The notes under the pieces are model-generated. The model was not told where the DNA came from. It did not search any database and worked only from the letters and a program-made list of their open reading frames with translations. A stretch of 62,177 bases of DNA, counting the filler, from Jimgerdemannia flammicorona (lineage: Eukaryota), in assembly GCA_003990765.1 (NCBI GenBank). It is 3 parts of 3 records of this genome, joined end to end, with 100 filler letters (N's around TTAATTAATTAA, not from the genome) between each part and the next. Parts side by side here need not be neighbours in the genome. Positions count along the whole stretch, not along the records: positions 20,762 to 41,421 come from RBNJ01001625.1; positions 41,522 to 62,177 come from RBNJ01001626.1; 1 more part is not named here. One strand, 5' to 3'. The position numbers and the translations under genes are program-made. Shown here piece by piece: positions 34,833-47,830 of the stretch; positions within the stretch are counted from its first letter, which is position 1, and each line of letters opens with the position of its first letter.

Positions 34833-37800
34833 TAGAGACAATTGTTACCTTTCTCTGATACAATTCACATTACACCAACTTCAAGCAATGGTTTTTTTAC
34901 ATAACTCAGAGGAAAGGTATTATTATAATGTCATCAAGCAAGAGTTCTGACAGATATGCTGGGTCAGGTGGACCTGGGGCTTTTGGCTGACAGTATGTAG
35001 AGAGAGGTTATGGCCTGGGGATGGGGACCTTTAGAGGGTCGAAGGGTGGCAGGGGCTCTGGAGGTGGACCAGTGTCTGGTAGCCATGGAGAGAGGTCTAG
35101 CCCCCCAAGTTTTGCAGATAAGGTGAAGGAGAGTGGGTGGTCAGCTGGGTCTAGGACTGGTGCTGCTGTAGGGAAGGGCAAGGTGAGCCTAGGGAGGGGG
35201 AGAGGTACTCAGGAGGGGGAGGTGAACATAGGTGCTGGAGGTGCTGTGGCTGAGGATGGGACTGCTAATAGCAGTGTGATGGGCAATCAGGAAAAAAAAA
35301 GAGATGTAATAGCTGATGGAGGTGTGGGGCAGGGGTTTCCAATGCAGAAGAGAGACCTGACTGATGGTGTAATGGGGCTGGTGGTGGCACTATTACTCAG
35401 GAAGTCAATCTTGGTGTTTGTAGTAACACTGTGCTTCCGAGGCTTGGCAGTGATGGTAAGGATGGTCCTGGGGCTAGTCTTGAAGCAGGTGGCTGAAGCT
35501 GCCTCAGTGAAGTTCCTGAAGGGCCTAGAGGGAGTTGAGGTGGGCTTTGAGGAGGCAGGCCCACTAGAAGAGGCACTGAAGACTAGAGTGGTAGTTGGTG
35601 AGGTGGTGGTCCCCATGATGCACTGCCTGAGGTGGGACCCCAGGGTAGTGCAGCTGCTGGTGAAGGGGGTGCCTACTGTGATGAAGGAGGAGACTAGGAG
35701 GAGGGTGGAGGAGGTGATGGCAGAGTATAGCAATATAGTGGATATTAGTTTCCAGGTATGAGAGGGGATCTCCATTAGGACTGATGATGTAGAGATATTG
35801 ATTAGACTGGCAGGAAGGGAGGCCACAGAGAAGGCAAGCAACTGGCCCTCAGTGTTGATGTGGGGGGCTTTTGTCTGTAAGGTGTCAAGGGTGAGAGGGA
35901 ATAAAGAGGAGGAAGAGGACTTGTTGGAGGTGCTGGAAGAGTTGAGTGGTGCTGTTGAGAGGAGGGCAAAGATCTGGAAATTATATGAAGAGTTGATGCA
36001 TCTGGAGATTATTGATGGGAAGAGGATTAGAACTGACAAGGGGCAGTGGGAGCAGGCCCAGGGGTGTAAGTAGCAGAGAGAGCTATTGGCAAGTATGAGT
36101 AGAGGGGCTAAGAAGAAGGTAGATAGAGCTGGGGAGGCTGGGGGCATTGAAGCCAGTGTCTGGACTAATAAAGGAGGAGGGGAGGTGGAGGCAAACAAGG
36201 AAGGGGCTGAGAAGGTGCCAAACAAGGACCCCTATGCAGATGGTACATTCGAAGTCTGGGAGAAGAAGTTGGATGCCATCCCCCCCCCCTCTTATCAGGA
36301 GGGACTTGGTGGCAAAGAGAGGGGCAGCAGAAGATATGCTGATGAAGGGGGCTCAGCAAGTACACTTTAGAGTTCCTGATGTGGTGAAAGGAGGACAGAT
36401 GGTGGCAGTTGGTGAGGATGAGCTGGTGGATGTCTCAGAGAAGGAGTGGGATAAGACTGCCAGTGTAAGAGCTGATACCACAATGTTGGATGCAGGGCAG
36501 CCAGAGACTCTGGGAGGGAAGGAGGTGGAGAACCTGCTGTAGATGAGCAAGGTGATGGATAACCTTGCAGCTGAGGAGTTGGGAGAAGTGGACCTGTGTG
36601 TGATGTCTGAGGAGCATTGGGCAAGGATTCTGCATGAAGATGGAGTGGTGGAGGCACTGAAGATAGAGATTCTTGCGATTTTCCTAGAGGAGGAGGGATA
36701 TGAGGTTGATGAGATAAGAAAGGTGGGGCTGGCAGTTATTGCTGGTGAGAGGACTGCCTACTGTTGGGCAGAGTGTCATAGTTTGCAGCTCTAGCAGAAG
36801 GCCTGTCTGGAGTACCATAAGGACTTTGAGGAGAGAGAAGATGGGGCAATGGTAGAACTTCTGAGAGGGTTGGTGGCACAGGAAGCTGGAGAGAAGGAAC
36901 TAGCTACTGAGCATGACTTGGACTTGATGCAGGAAGAGTTGAATGTAGATTTGTAGAGGATGGGATTGATATATAACATCATTTCTTATGAACAGTACAA
37001 CTAACATTTTCTCTTTGAATGTAAATGGGTTAAGGGGTTCTGGGCAGCATAAGAACATTTTTACTTGACTCAAGGAATTGGAGGCTGATCTTTTTTTACT
37101 ACAGGATGTATGGTGTGAGAATGAGGACAATTGGATGGAGTGGACTAGAGAATGGAGTGGAGCTACTGCTTGGTTTGGCAAGGTGGCAATTCTGGTGCAA
37201 AAGGGTAGTGAAAACCTGGGGGGAATCAGGAGCTGGGGTGATTGATTTGTCTGGGGTGATTGGCATCAACCTGGGTGGGAATCGGTGAGAGTTGGCTCCT
37301 GCTACTGCCCTGCAGTTAGGAGTGAGAGGATTGCATGGATTAAGGAGCTGCTGGAGGGGGGTATTCTCTTGGAGGAAGGAGTTGATGTTCTGGATGGTGA
37401 TTTCAATATAGTTTGGGATTTGTACCTGGATAGAACTGATGGTGGGAGGAATGTGGATGGGAGGAGTGGTGGCCTGGATGCATGGGAGGAGATAGAGCAT
37501 TTCAGCTCCTTAGGGGATATAGACAGAATATGGTGGGGCAACACCAGGGTCTACATACATTAGGTGAATGAGTTAGGTATGAGGATAGACTGGATACTTA
37601 CAGCTGAATGTTGGGGTGCTGATGTTTGGAAGACTTTGGAGGTGGAGTGGTGCCCTTGGATCACTGGGGACTGTTGGGGCAGGGGCAGTTTGGGGGGAGT
37701 GGAGATGGACCCAGACATTGGCACCTTAACTCCTCCCTGCTGGCCAAGAAGAGGTTATGGAACTCATGGGTGGAGGACATATGGGCAAAGGTTCATATCT

Positions 37801-40800
37801 GGAGGTATGAGGGTTTGTCTGTAGGTATCTAGTAGATGAGATTAAAGGAGACTGCAAGGGTTTATTGAGGAGAAGCTGATAGGGAGGCTGGGTGACAGAG
37901 GAGGAAGTGCATATGGTGTGCTTCAAACAGACTGGTGAGATTGTAGATAGAATGAGCTGTTCTGCTTTCTTCTATTGAGGTGGAAGATTGGAGGTTAGAG
38001 AGGGCAAAATTGGAGGTAGTAGAGTTGCAATGAGTGTTGAGAGAGGAGGAAGAGATTCATATGTGAGGAATGGCTGTCAGGTTATAGTGGCAGGAGCTTG
38101 AGGAGGGAGAGCAGACTACTAGGTACTTGTCTAGGCTACTCAAAGCCAGGAGGGTGTAATATTGGTGAGATAGGGTCTTGGATGCCGAAGGGGATATGGT
38201 GCATAGCACACAGCAGATCTTGGGGGTTTTGAAGGAGAGATGGTGGGGTCTGTGAAGTGAGGAAGAAGGGAGTGTGGAGGAAGAGGCAATTGGAGATACA
38301 CTGGAGGAGTGGGAGCTGCCACAGGTAGAGAGACTGGGTGACTTGATCTTGCCAGTCCAAGAGGAGAAGATCCAGGGAGTCCTTGCAGCAACTAAGCTTG
38401 GGACAGCACCAGGGGAGGATGGGCTACCTTGGGACTTCTGGAAGAAGATGGCAAAGGTCATAGGAGTGTTAGGAGAGATGGCTGCCCTCTGTGACCATGT
38501 TCTTCTGAATGGCAAGTGGGTCAGTGAGCAAGACTTGGGGCTAGTGGCCTTACTGTACAATGATAAGGGCAGGTAAGAGGACTGGAAGAACTGGAGGCCC
38601 ATAATGCTTCTGAATATAGACCGGAAGATAGTGACTAAGGTGATTGTTGTAAGGCTACAGAAGATTGCTCAACAGGTGATAGGAGAGGAGCAGTGGAGCT
38701 TTGTAGGAGGTAGACTTATCAGAGATGGGACTGCCTGGGTGCATGGCATCATAGAAGGGGCCCGGGCTTGTGGACTGAATGGTAGATTGATCTTTCTGGA
38801 CCAGGAGAAGACCTATGACCATGTTTGGCAGGTATGGTTGGGCAAGGTTTTGGATAGAATTGGTGTTTCTTTGTGGTTTCAGACTTCTATGTTAAATTTG
38901 TTGGAGGGAAGTAGAGCAGCATTGATGTATAATGGCTACAGGGGTTTGGTGTTTCCCTTGGAGAGAGGAGTTCCTCAAGGAGACCTGCTGTCTTCTATCC
39001 TTTATGCTCTTTCACTGGAACCTTTGATGGATAGGATCTGTTGGAAGGTAGCTGGGCTCTCTATGTATGGTGTGGTGTGGAAGGTAGGGGCATTTACAGA
39101 TGATATGGTAGTTGGACTTGGATCAGTTGTAGATGTCAAAGCACTTAAGGAGACAGTGGAATGGTATGAGGCTAGGGTGAAACTCAATTGGCATAAATGT
39201 GAGATAATGGTGTTGGGGAATAGACTAGTGAGAGGGGATGTCATTGGAACAATTGTCCCCACAGGAGAGGTGGTGTGGTATCTTGGGATCTTTCTTTCTG
39301 TGTATGGGTCAGTCCTTTCAAGGGTGTGGTGAGAGAGGAGGGTGGCCATTTAGGGAGAGGCTCTGAGAGGTTGGGGGGGTCATCATATCTCTCTGGCAGG
39401 GCAGGTGTCAATCCTGAATATATACTGGTTTCCCAAGCTGTGATATGTGGCATATCACTTAGACTTTCCAGCCTGGGTGGTGAAAAGGCTGATGAAACTG
39501 GCTAGAGAGTGGATTTGGGCAGGAAGAAGATCTCAGATCAGTTGGGATACCCTTGTGGTATCAGTGATTAGAGGAGGCCTAGATCTTGTAGACTTTTCTA
39601 AGCATCTATACTGTGTGCAAGCATGGTGGTTGAAAAGGACAGTTGAATTACAGGGAGGAGGTTGGGTACCACTGATGCAGAAGGTGTGGGAGATGAGATT
39701 CTCCTCTCAAGGTTCCTCAGGAGACTTGCTCTCTCTGGTGGGTCTGAATGGAAGCCAGCAGATGCAGTATAAGGGCTTCTGGTGGGAAGTGATAGATGGA
39801 GCATATCAGATTGGCCTACACTAGTATAGCAATGAGGGGGAGGTGGTGTGGGGTCCTGCTATATGGTAGTGGGACTGACTGCTTCTAGGGGGGAGTCTGC
39901 TGGCAGAATTTGACATTGGTGATAGAGTGGAGTATTAGTAGGGTCTTGGCCAGAATCTTTGATTGAGTAGTTAGCAGATAGTGAGGATTGGTGAGGAGTG
40001 GGACTGGGCAGGAATCTGGTCCTGGAGTGCTGAGGTGTGGCAGTGGCTTCCTCCCAAGTTCTGGGTGGTTTGGTAGTGAATGCTGAGGAGGAATGTTATG
40101 TTAAATTTCTATGCAATCTGGTGGAGGGGGGCCAACTGGATTGTGAGAAGTGTTATAACATCAGGCAAGCTGGGGGATTTGTGCAGATGCCAGAACATTG
40201 GCTGGGGGAGTGTGAGGTTTTGGGGGACTTTTGGATAGCTATAGGGAAATGGCTGAGTGTAGAGAGGAGGCCAGATAGAGAGAGAGGCCATTGGGAGGAT
40301 TTAAGATCTTGACTAGTGAGAGGTGTTGGCAATGGGTGGCTTACTGTAGGATGGGTTGTAGTGGTGTAGGTAGGGCTGGCTGGGCTGGTCATTGGTTTTT
40401 TGTTTTTGAGGAAGGGCAACAGATAGGGTTGCAGGAGAAGTTATTGAGATAGTGTAATAGAACGAACGAATGAGTGAACAGAAGGGATGTGACGAGACGA
40501 ACGATCATGTGACCTGGCAATAATGTTATCATACGATCGAGCGCGGCATATGAATAACGAATGATGCAAAATGATGTGGAAAATGATATCCAGCTTATCC
40601 CCAATAATCAGCACCGCAGCAACAGTTGCCACAGTGATCATTGCCTAGTAATTAAGGTCCTGATCATAAAGATATTCTTTACCAAAAACCACCTAACAAA
40701 GGTCATGATCACAAACCTCATTATAGTTACCAAATTAGTCACTCATATTTAGTCAGAAATCATGGACCAACTTGTATAAATACCCCCCAGTTTTCATCTG

Positions 40801-41421
40801 AAATAAAGCAGTTTTAGTTCAGTCCTTGATACAAGAATCAAGTTTCCCCCACACACACACATTCCCCTAAGTCTTAGTAATGATATCTAAGTGACTCTAG
40901 TGTTTCTGACTAAACTCCAGAAGTCTAACTAACTTCTGCCAGAACTGAGACCAGTATATAAATCCCCAAAGACTTAAGTAAACCCATTGAACCTGAATTC
41001 CAAGATGAATTCAGTCTGTACACAGCAAAGAACAAGACCCTCAAAATAGGGCACAAGAGAAAGACCTTCGAAACAGAAGGCAAACCAGAAAAAGACCTTT
41101 GAAAGAGAAGACACTGCTGCTACACTTACTTATAAGTGAGTGTTTCCTCAAACTGAAGGCTTCTTAGTATACATTGTGTACTAAGTCCCTAAGTAATAGT
41201 CCACTTCCCTAATTATCCAAAGGATAAGAGAGGAGTAGAAGTAAGAGTTATTACAGGTAGGAGGAGTTGTTGGGGGATCTACTGACTGAGTGGTGGGTTG
41301 GTTGGAGTCTCCAGGGTGGGTGACATTGCTGTCTGGTGGAGGAGATTTGTGGGTGAAGTAGTGGATAGGTGGAGATGGTGTTAGACAAAGTGGTCTTTCA
41401 TCAGGAGGGGGTGAGGGAGGG
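34833..41421 (+). mobile_element. L1/Tx1-like LINE, near full length, decayed; 3' end lost in the gap
   Basis: ORF1 about 35021-36980. ORF2 from ATG 36988 (MNSTTNIFSLNVNGL, APE), then PGEDGLP, WRPIMLLNIDRK, LDQEKTYD, GVPQGD, FTDD, and C-terminal CEKC..H..C. Confidence 0.92.
40453..41255 (+). mobile_element. 803-bp solo LTR inserted in the LINE 3' region
   Basis: Perfect 7-bp inverted termini TGTAATA...TATTACA. Flanks GATAG/GGTAG (5-bp TSD, one mismatch). TGTATAAATA..AATAAA at 40773-40807. LINE-like sequence resumes after it. Confidence 0.85.
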
Positions 41422-41521
41422 NNNNNNNNNNNNNNNNNNNNNNNNNNNNNNNNNNNNNNNNNNNNTTAATTAATTAANNNNNNNNNNNNNNNNNNNNNNN
41501 NNNNNNNNNNNNNNNNNNNNN
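41422..41521. other. Assembly gap/linker
   Basis: N-run with TTAATTAATTAA. Confidence 0.97.
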
Positions 41522-44210
41522 GCAACCCCCAGTGATCAGACTATGGACACCATATGACTCCCAGCACTGTCCAGACATCTGCTCCCCAACACTCTGCTGT
41601 TAGAACCCAGTCAATCCTAGAGCCCAGTCCTGCTGCCCAATGGGTATATACCTGCCAATCAGCCTAAAAATGTCTCCCTGAGTCCACTAAAGAACACAAC
41701 CTTTCCATCTCCAACCAGTCCGCCAACCCACCACTTTCACCTCGCATGCCTCTTCCTCTATCAGTTCTGTCCAACTCCTTATCCCATACCATGTTGAAGT
41801 CCCCCCCCCATACAGTCCAACCCAACTTCTCCCAATAAACCAGTCTCTTTCAATCTGTGAATCCAATCCACTCTCTCCCCTCTCTCAGCCGGGCAGTAAC
41901 AAGACCCAACCATCAGCGAGCCCCATCCAGGCCTCTTCCATACTCCCCACACCACCTGCGATCCCCAATGTCCAATGTCCCCAATGTCCCCCATCTCTTT
42001 CTGAATAAGAATACCCACTTTCCTCCTCCAAACTGCTGCACCCCCCCATTCCTTAGTCCAATCCTGTAAATCCACATCTGCATCATACCGAACATCCTGT
42101 AACAAGAAGAGGTCTGCATCCAGACCCCGAAGCTAACCAAAGATGTACTTTCTCCTAGCCACCCCCCATAACCCATTAACATTTAATGAGAATATCCTAG
42201 TTGTACTGTTCATATTGAGTAGACATTGTAGAAGAGACCTCAACCTATAATTCTATGCTCATCTCATCCCTCGCCAAGTCCAAGAGCCGCTCAGCTTCCA
42301 ATTCACCCTCTGCAATATCCTGAGCATCCAGTGCCCCCAAAATTTCCTAACACTCCACCCTGTCCACCTCCTCCATATCCACCCTGTAATCCAAGCAGAC
42401 TGCGTGCCACTTCTCTAGTCCCTTCCTCGAGTTCCACAAGACAAGTGCCCTGTCACTTGCAATCCTTCTAAGCTCCTCCTCTCGCTGATCATCAACCTGA
42501 TACTCAACAGACTCCAGGAGGACAGCCAGGATCTCATTTCTCATCTTCCTCGGCACCTCTTCCTCACGCCGAATCTCCTCCCAATGCCTCTCCTCCATCA
42601 CCCTGAAGTCCTCACCCCCCAGCTCTTCAGCCGCTACCCCTTCCAGGGTCTTCCACATTCACTTCTCCTCATCTACCGCCTCTGCTGCCCCCTGAGCAAT
42701 TTGTCCCCCATCCACCTTGGGGTCCACCAGTGCACTCCTCCTCACTGACTCATCCCACTCCTCATCTGGCACATCCATCAGCTCCTCCTTGCCTCCTGCC
42801 CCATTCAGAACACTATACTGAGGGCGCCCACCTTTGCCCATTTCAGCATCCACCTCCAAGTTATCCTCCCTCCCCTCCCCAACTCCAATCTGAGCCCTGC
42901 CCTGGGCCATCTCTCCCCCTTCAGCCCAGACACTCTCCTGCAACCCTGCAGCCCCCTCTCCAGAGCTTCCACCAGCCCTACCCTCGCCCAACTTCGCCAA
43001 CAACTCCTTCTGAATTCTCCTCCCCTGCATCTTCTCCCAGGCCCCCTTCTCTATCCAAACCCTCTTCCCATCCACCTCCCCCACCACCGTCCTGGCCTCA
43101 AACTCCTTCCAGGCTAATCTCCTCCTCACAACTGCCCCTTCCAGGTCCTCCAGAGCCTCCAACAGGTCCTCCTCCTCCTCCTGAGTCCCCTTCACCCTAG
43201 TGACCTTACACTCCACCAGTCCCCACCTCAGCATTGCTGGCCAGTCCCTCAACTTCCCCATATTCTCCTTTCCAGCCAGTCTCACCCTGACATCGACATC
43301 TCCAGTTCTAAGCTCTGTGCCCTCCCAGACCTTGAACCCAACATCCACAATCTCGCCATACTCCTTGATCGCCTTTACAACCAACTCTCTGGTCCTTTCC
43401 TTCGACACTGTAGAAAGGTCTAACACTGTCAACTACACCACCCAGGGGTCCCAGTGCATACACCGGGCCATAGAGACCACAACCCCACCAACCATCACCC
43501 CCTTCTCCATAGCTACCAACAAGGCATCTTCCTCCTCAAACCCCACCTCAACCCCTTCCTTTCCCCTCAAGAACTTCACCGACACTGCTCCCTTAGCCTC
43601 CTGCACCACCAGCCCCAAAATCATCCTCGCTGTCACTGCCAAGCCCCAGAAGCACATCATGACTGTGAATTCGGACCTCGACTTCTTGAGTAACGGGGCT
43701 GACACCATGCCCGTCATCCCATCCACCAGGTCCCCGGGCCTCATGCCCACTCCAAGTCCCAAATTGCCAACCACCGTCACATCTGGATTTTTTGCCAGAT
43801 CCCCAGTCACAGCCCCATCAACAGTCACATCTCCAGCCCCTACTCCGGCCCCTTCCCTACCACCAGAAGTACCCTGGGGTGCACCTCCCTGACCCCCAGC
43901 AGTAGCCATCATGCCTTCCCCAGGCCCAACCAACTATCCAGCCCAGAAGCCATCTTTCCCATCCTGACCTTATCAGCAAAGGTCGACCTCTCCCCTCCTC
44001 TCTGCCTCAGACCTCCCCTTCCTCTGCCACCGGGGCCTCGGCTAGCCATCGAGGCCCCTGGCATCTCCAAACCATCTCCCCTCCTCCCCACCTGCTGCCA
44101 GCCAAAGGCGCCATCCCTCCCCTGGCCAGTACGCTCACCAGATCGATCATTGCCATCCATGTTGTTAGTCGTCGGACACCGAAAATGTTGTAAAAAGTGT
44201 TGTCTGAGTC
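41522..44210 (-). mobile_element. 5' half of a related L1/Tx1-like LINE (ORF1 and APE start), less decayed
   Basis: ORFs 43433..43933, 42659..43432 and 42347..42658 are homologous to ORF1 at 35021-36790. ORF2 ATG at 42213 (MNSTTRIFSLNVNG). Confidence 0.9.
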
Positions 44211-44229
44211 TTGTGTCACCTGAATGTTA

Positions 44230-47200
44230 CTGGTGAAAGGGTGGACCTTCGTCCTTCTGGTCGTCCGCTTCTCTCCCAGTTCCAGTCAGTTCTTGCCCTC
44301 TCTGCCAAGAAGGCTCGTCTCCGCCACGACATTGATGTTATTGCTCTGCCCACCATCCGCTACTCCATTCTTCCTGAGGCCTGCCGCCAAGCCCTCTCTG
44401 AAGAGGTTCGCACTGCTACTGCTGCCGCCAAGCTCACCGCCGCTGATGCTGCCGCCACTTCCGCCACTGCCACCTCTGCCTCCTTCCACCGCACCTGTGC
44501 CGCTTTCATGGCCTTCACCTCCTCTCGTCTTTTGGATGCCACCCCCTTCTATGGCTTCAACATCCGCGATGTTCCTTCTGTCGCCACTGACATCAATGCT
44601 GTGTGTCATTTCCTCCTCGCTGGCACCTCTTTTATTGCTCACCTTCATGAGCAGGAGACATCACATGCTGCCGCTACTGCTCGCACCACCGCCACTGCTC
44701 CCCTGCCCATCTCCCCTGAGGTTTCGGTCTCTGAGGCCATTCGTGCCGAAGCTCATACCACTGCTTGTGCTGAGGTTCATTTCTTTACCACCACTGCTGC
44801 CAAGGTCTCCTCCAAGACCCCTGCCAAGACCCCCACCAAGCCCAACCAGGCTTCGTCAGCCTCTTCCCAGTCTCTCTTCCCTGCCAAGGCTTCCTCCTCC
44901 ATTCCCCCTACTCCCAAGCATGGCTGCCAACTTGGTTCTCGCCCTGTCAGGGCCTGGCCTTGCGCTGTCTACTCCAGTCACCTCCACCATGCCTCTGGTA
45001 CCCAGCCAAGTCCGTCTGCCCTCATGGTGGTGTTCCTCGTGCTGCTGCCCCCTTGGCTGCTCACTCGCCCTCAGCCTCCTCTGCCGGTTCCTCCTCTGCC
45101 TCCTCCACCCATGCCTCTGAATATAAGCCTGTGGCTGCAAGGTCTGGCACTCTGATGGGGTGTGCTCCTGCTCATCGGGCTCGCCGCCTTCAAAAAAAGT
45201 CAGAGGGAAGGGGAAGGCCTCCTGCTCTTAAACTTCCCCCTGGTGTGGTTCTCCCCCAGTGTCTCCATCCCTTCTCGGATTCTGTCATCACTTCTGGTGT
45301 GCCCTGAGTGGTTCCTCATGCTGTCCCCCCTTTACCTTTCCCAGTTGCTTGTTCCGAACTTTTGGGTTTATTCTTCTCTTGGAGCTCTTTTGTCTCCTCC
45401 TTTTTCTTCAGCTGACTGCCCTCTTTCTCCCCTTCAAGTCTTTGCCTTATCCTTGGGTCCTTGCTTTGTTTTCCCTGTGACTCCCTCACAATTCTCTTTC
45501 ACCAATCTGGCTCATCTCACACGTTTTCATCATGCTCTTGACCTTGCTATTTACTTTTAAGATCATGGTGAGATATCCTCTTGCTATTTCATTTCTAGCA
45601 ATTGGGTCCTCCCTCCCAATGTCTCTTTACACTGCATATTCCTCGACATGGCTTGCTTACTGTCCATTCCAGGATGTGCTCGCTCTTGCTTGATTTTGGA
45701 CCATGCCATACATACTGTGCTTAAATCAGTCAAGCAATTGCCTATGCATTTGCTCACAGTCACTGATAAGAATCAGGGTTTTGCACTTATTCCCAAGTCG
45801 CTGGCCTTTCTGCCCTCCTTCAAGCCATGGCTTACAAGCCTAGTGCTCTTGGATTGGATGAGATTCTCACTCTTCTTTGGGTTTCTCTGGCTCATGCCAG
45901 GTCACTTTCGGACTCCCTGTTCATGAACCCTATTTTTAACTTCTTCCAGGACTCTTTGTCCTCTCCAGATGTTTCTCTTCCAGTTTTTTATACTCTTTCT
46001 AAAGTTCACAAGCCTATTTTGGCTTGGCGTCCCATTATGGCTACCTACAGTTCTCCTATCACTGAGATTTCAAAATGGTTATCCTGTTTCTTTCTCTCTT
46101 GGATGGCTCTCTTACAACACCGTCTTGGGCCTGAGTATACTATTCTTCATGATACTCAGGAGCTCACCCTTCTCTGCTCCACCATTGTGCCTGTTCATTG
46201 TTTTTCCCATTTGGCCTCTGGTGACTTTTCCTCTTTTTATACTACTATTCGTTTTGATGAGATCAATGATTGCCTTTGCTTCTTGGGTTCCTTGGTTTTT
46301 CCTTTGGATTCCCCAGTTTCATTGGCTTCCATTGTTGAGCTTACACTCCTTGTCTGCAGCTCTAATTATTTTGAGTCAGTCCTTGGCTCCTTTCACCTGA
46401 CTTCTAGTATTACCATGGGAACGAATTATGCCCCCACCCTTGCCAACCTTGTTGGCCTGGCCCATGAACTGTGTGTATTACATGATATTACTTCACCTCT
46501 TTCCATTGCGTTCCGGGCTGGAAATATCTTCTTTCGCCGTTATATTGATGACTTTATTGTCTTTGCTGTTGCTGGTATTGATATCCCTAGTGTGTTCCTG
46601 GGCATCTACCCTCTCCACCATTCCATTACCTGGGTGTGTAGTATGACTAGTATTCCCTTTTTGGATCTTTCCATTTCTCTTTCTCCTTTCTGAACTGTTG
46701 TTTATTCTCGTTTTCCCTGTTCCAAACAGTTCTCTGACTTCTTGTCCAATCATCCTTATTGCACTCTTCTTGAATATGTTCAGGGTGAGGCTCGTCATCT
46801 TATATTATGCTGCTCCCGTCGCTCTGATTGGGTGTCTGCTGTTTGGGTTCTTGGCAACTTCATGGTCTATCATTGTGCCTACCCTATTTCTATCATTTGC
46901 GATCTGCTTGCTTCTGTTGAATGGTCTGTTGTTCGCTCTTCCCTCCTCTCTCCTCTTTATCCCCCATCCCTTCTCTCTCTCCTCCCTTACCCTCTCCATA
47001 CCCCCTCTTCTTTCCCACCCCCAATTCTTGTTGTACCATTCGATCATGCTTGCTGGGTCACTCAATGCCCTGATACCATCCTGCGCTCTTCTCTTTCACA
47101 CCATGGACTTTCATCTCTTTCCCGACACTCTCTGATTGCTCATTCGTGTCTTCCTTTTATTTCTTCTTTAATCCATTGCTCTCATTTTGCATTTTCGTCA

Positions 47201-47620
47201 CCTTCTGGTGCCTCTGGCTCTGCCAGAGAGGATTAAAAAACATCCTTGCCCCCTCCGGGGTCTCGCGCTCACTCCAGGGTCTCAGCCTTACTCTGCTCCC
47301 CTCCACTACCTTTGGCCCCTTTCTTCGCTCAGGCTCACTGTGGCTCACTCCATTTCAGCCTCACCCCTCGCTCACGCTCACCCCTCCGGGGTCTGCAGAT
47401 GTTTTTTAATCTTGATTTGGATTTGTTTTGTTTGTGTTTGTTTGTGATTTTTATCCTGCAACTGGGATTGGCTCCCCCTTTATCTCTGCCTATCTCTGGC
47501 AGTCATGTGGTTCCTAATTTGGTTTGCCCCGAGTTGTGGCATGTCCTCCCTTTTGGGACGTCATATTTTGTATATAAGGACCATGTTTTTATGTAGCAAT
47601 AAATGGCTGATGCATTTTTA
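44230..47620 (+). mobile_element. Penelope-like retroelement (PLE): Ala-rich ORF1 plus decayed RT ORF, no GIY-YIG endonuclease seen
   Basis: DKNQG, FYTLSKVHK..WRPI, DFSSFYT, MGTNYAPTLANL, RYIDD, PFLDL and thumb SNHP..GE..CS..YP. AATAAA near 47599. Boundaries approximate. Confidence 0.8.
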
Positions 47621-47721
47621 GTTATATTCTTTGTTTGTCCCCCTTATACACATGTCTTCCATTTGCTTTGACACTGGCTTTGGGTTTGCTCCCTTGGCTC
47701 CTGCTGGGCCTTCTTTCTCCT

Positions 47722-47830
47722 CTGATTTGATTCAAACTCAATTCAAATTGAAAAATCCCCAATTTGATTCGATTTGAATGACCCTTAATTTGATTTGATT
47801 TGAATTGATTCGATTCATTTGGGAGCACTA
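47722..47830 (-). mobile_element. Terminus of a hAT-like DNA transposon (TIR plus subterminal repeats)
   Basis: Minus strand begins TAGTGCTCCCAA and is followed by clustered AATCG/AATCA pentamers. It lies exactly at the break of the element D LTR. The other end was not found. Confidence 0.5.

Noticed and set aside
35287..36225. Long antisense ORFs over LINE ORF1 (also 43200..43892 and 19694..20299)
   Set aside because: Ser/Pro/Thr-rich shadows of compositionally skewed sense strands; no motifs
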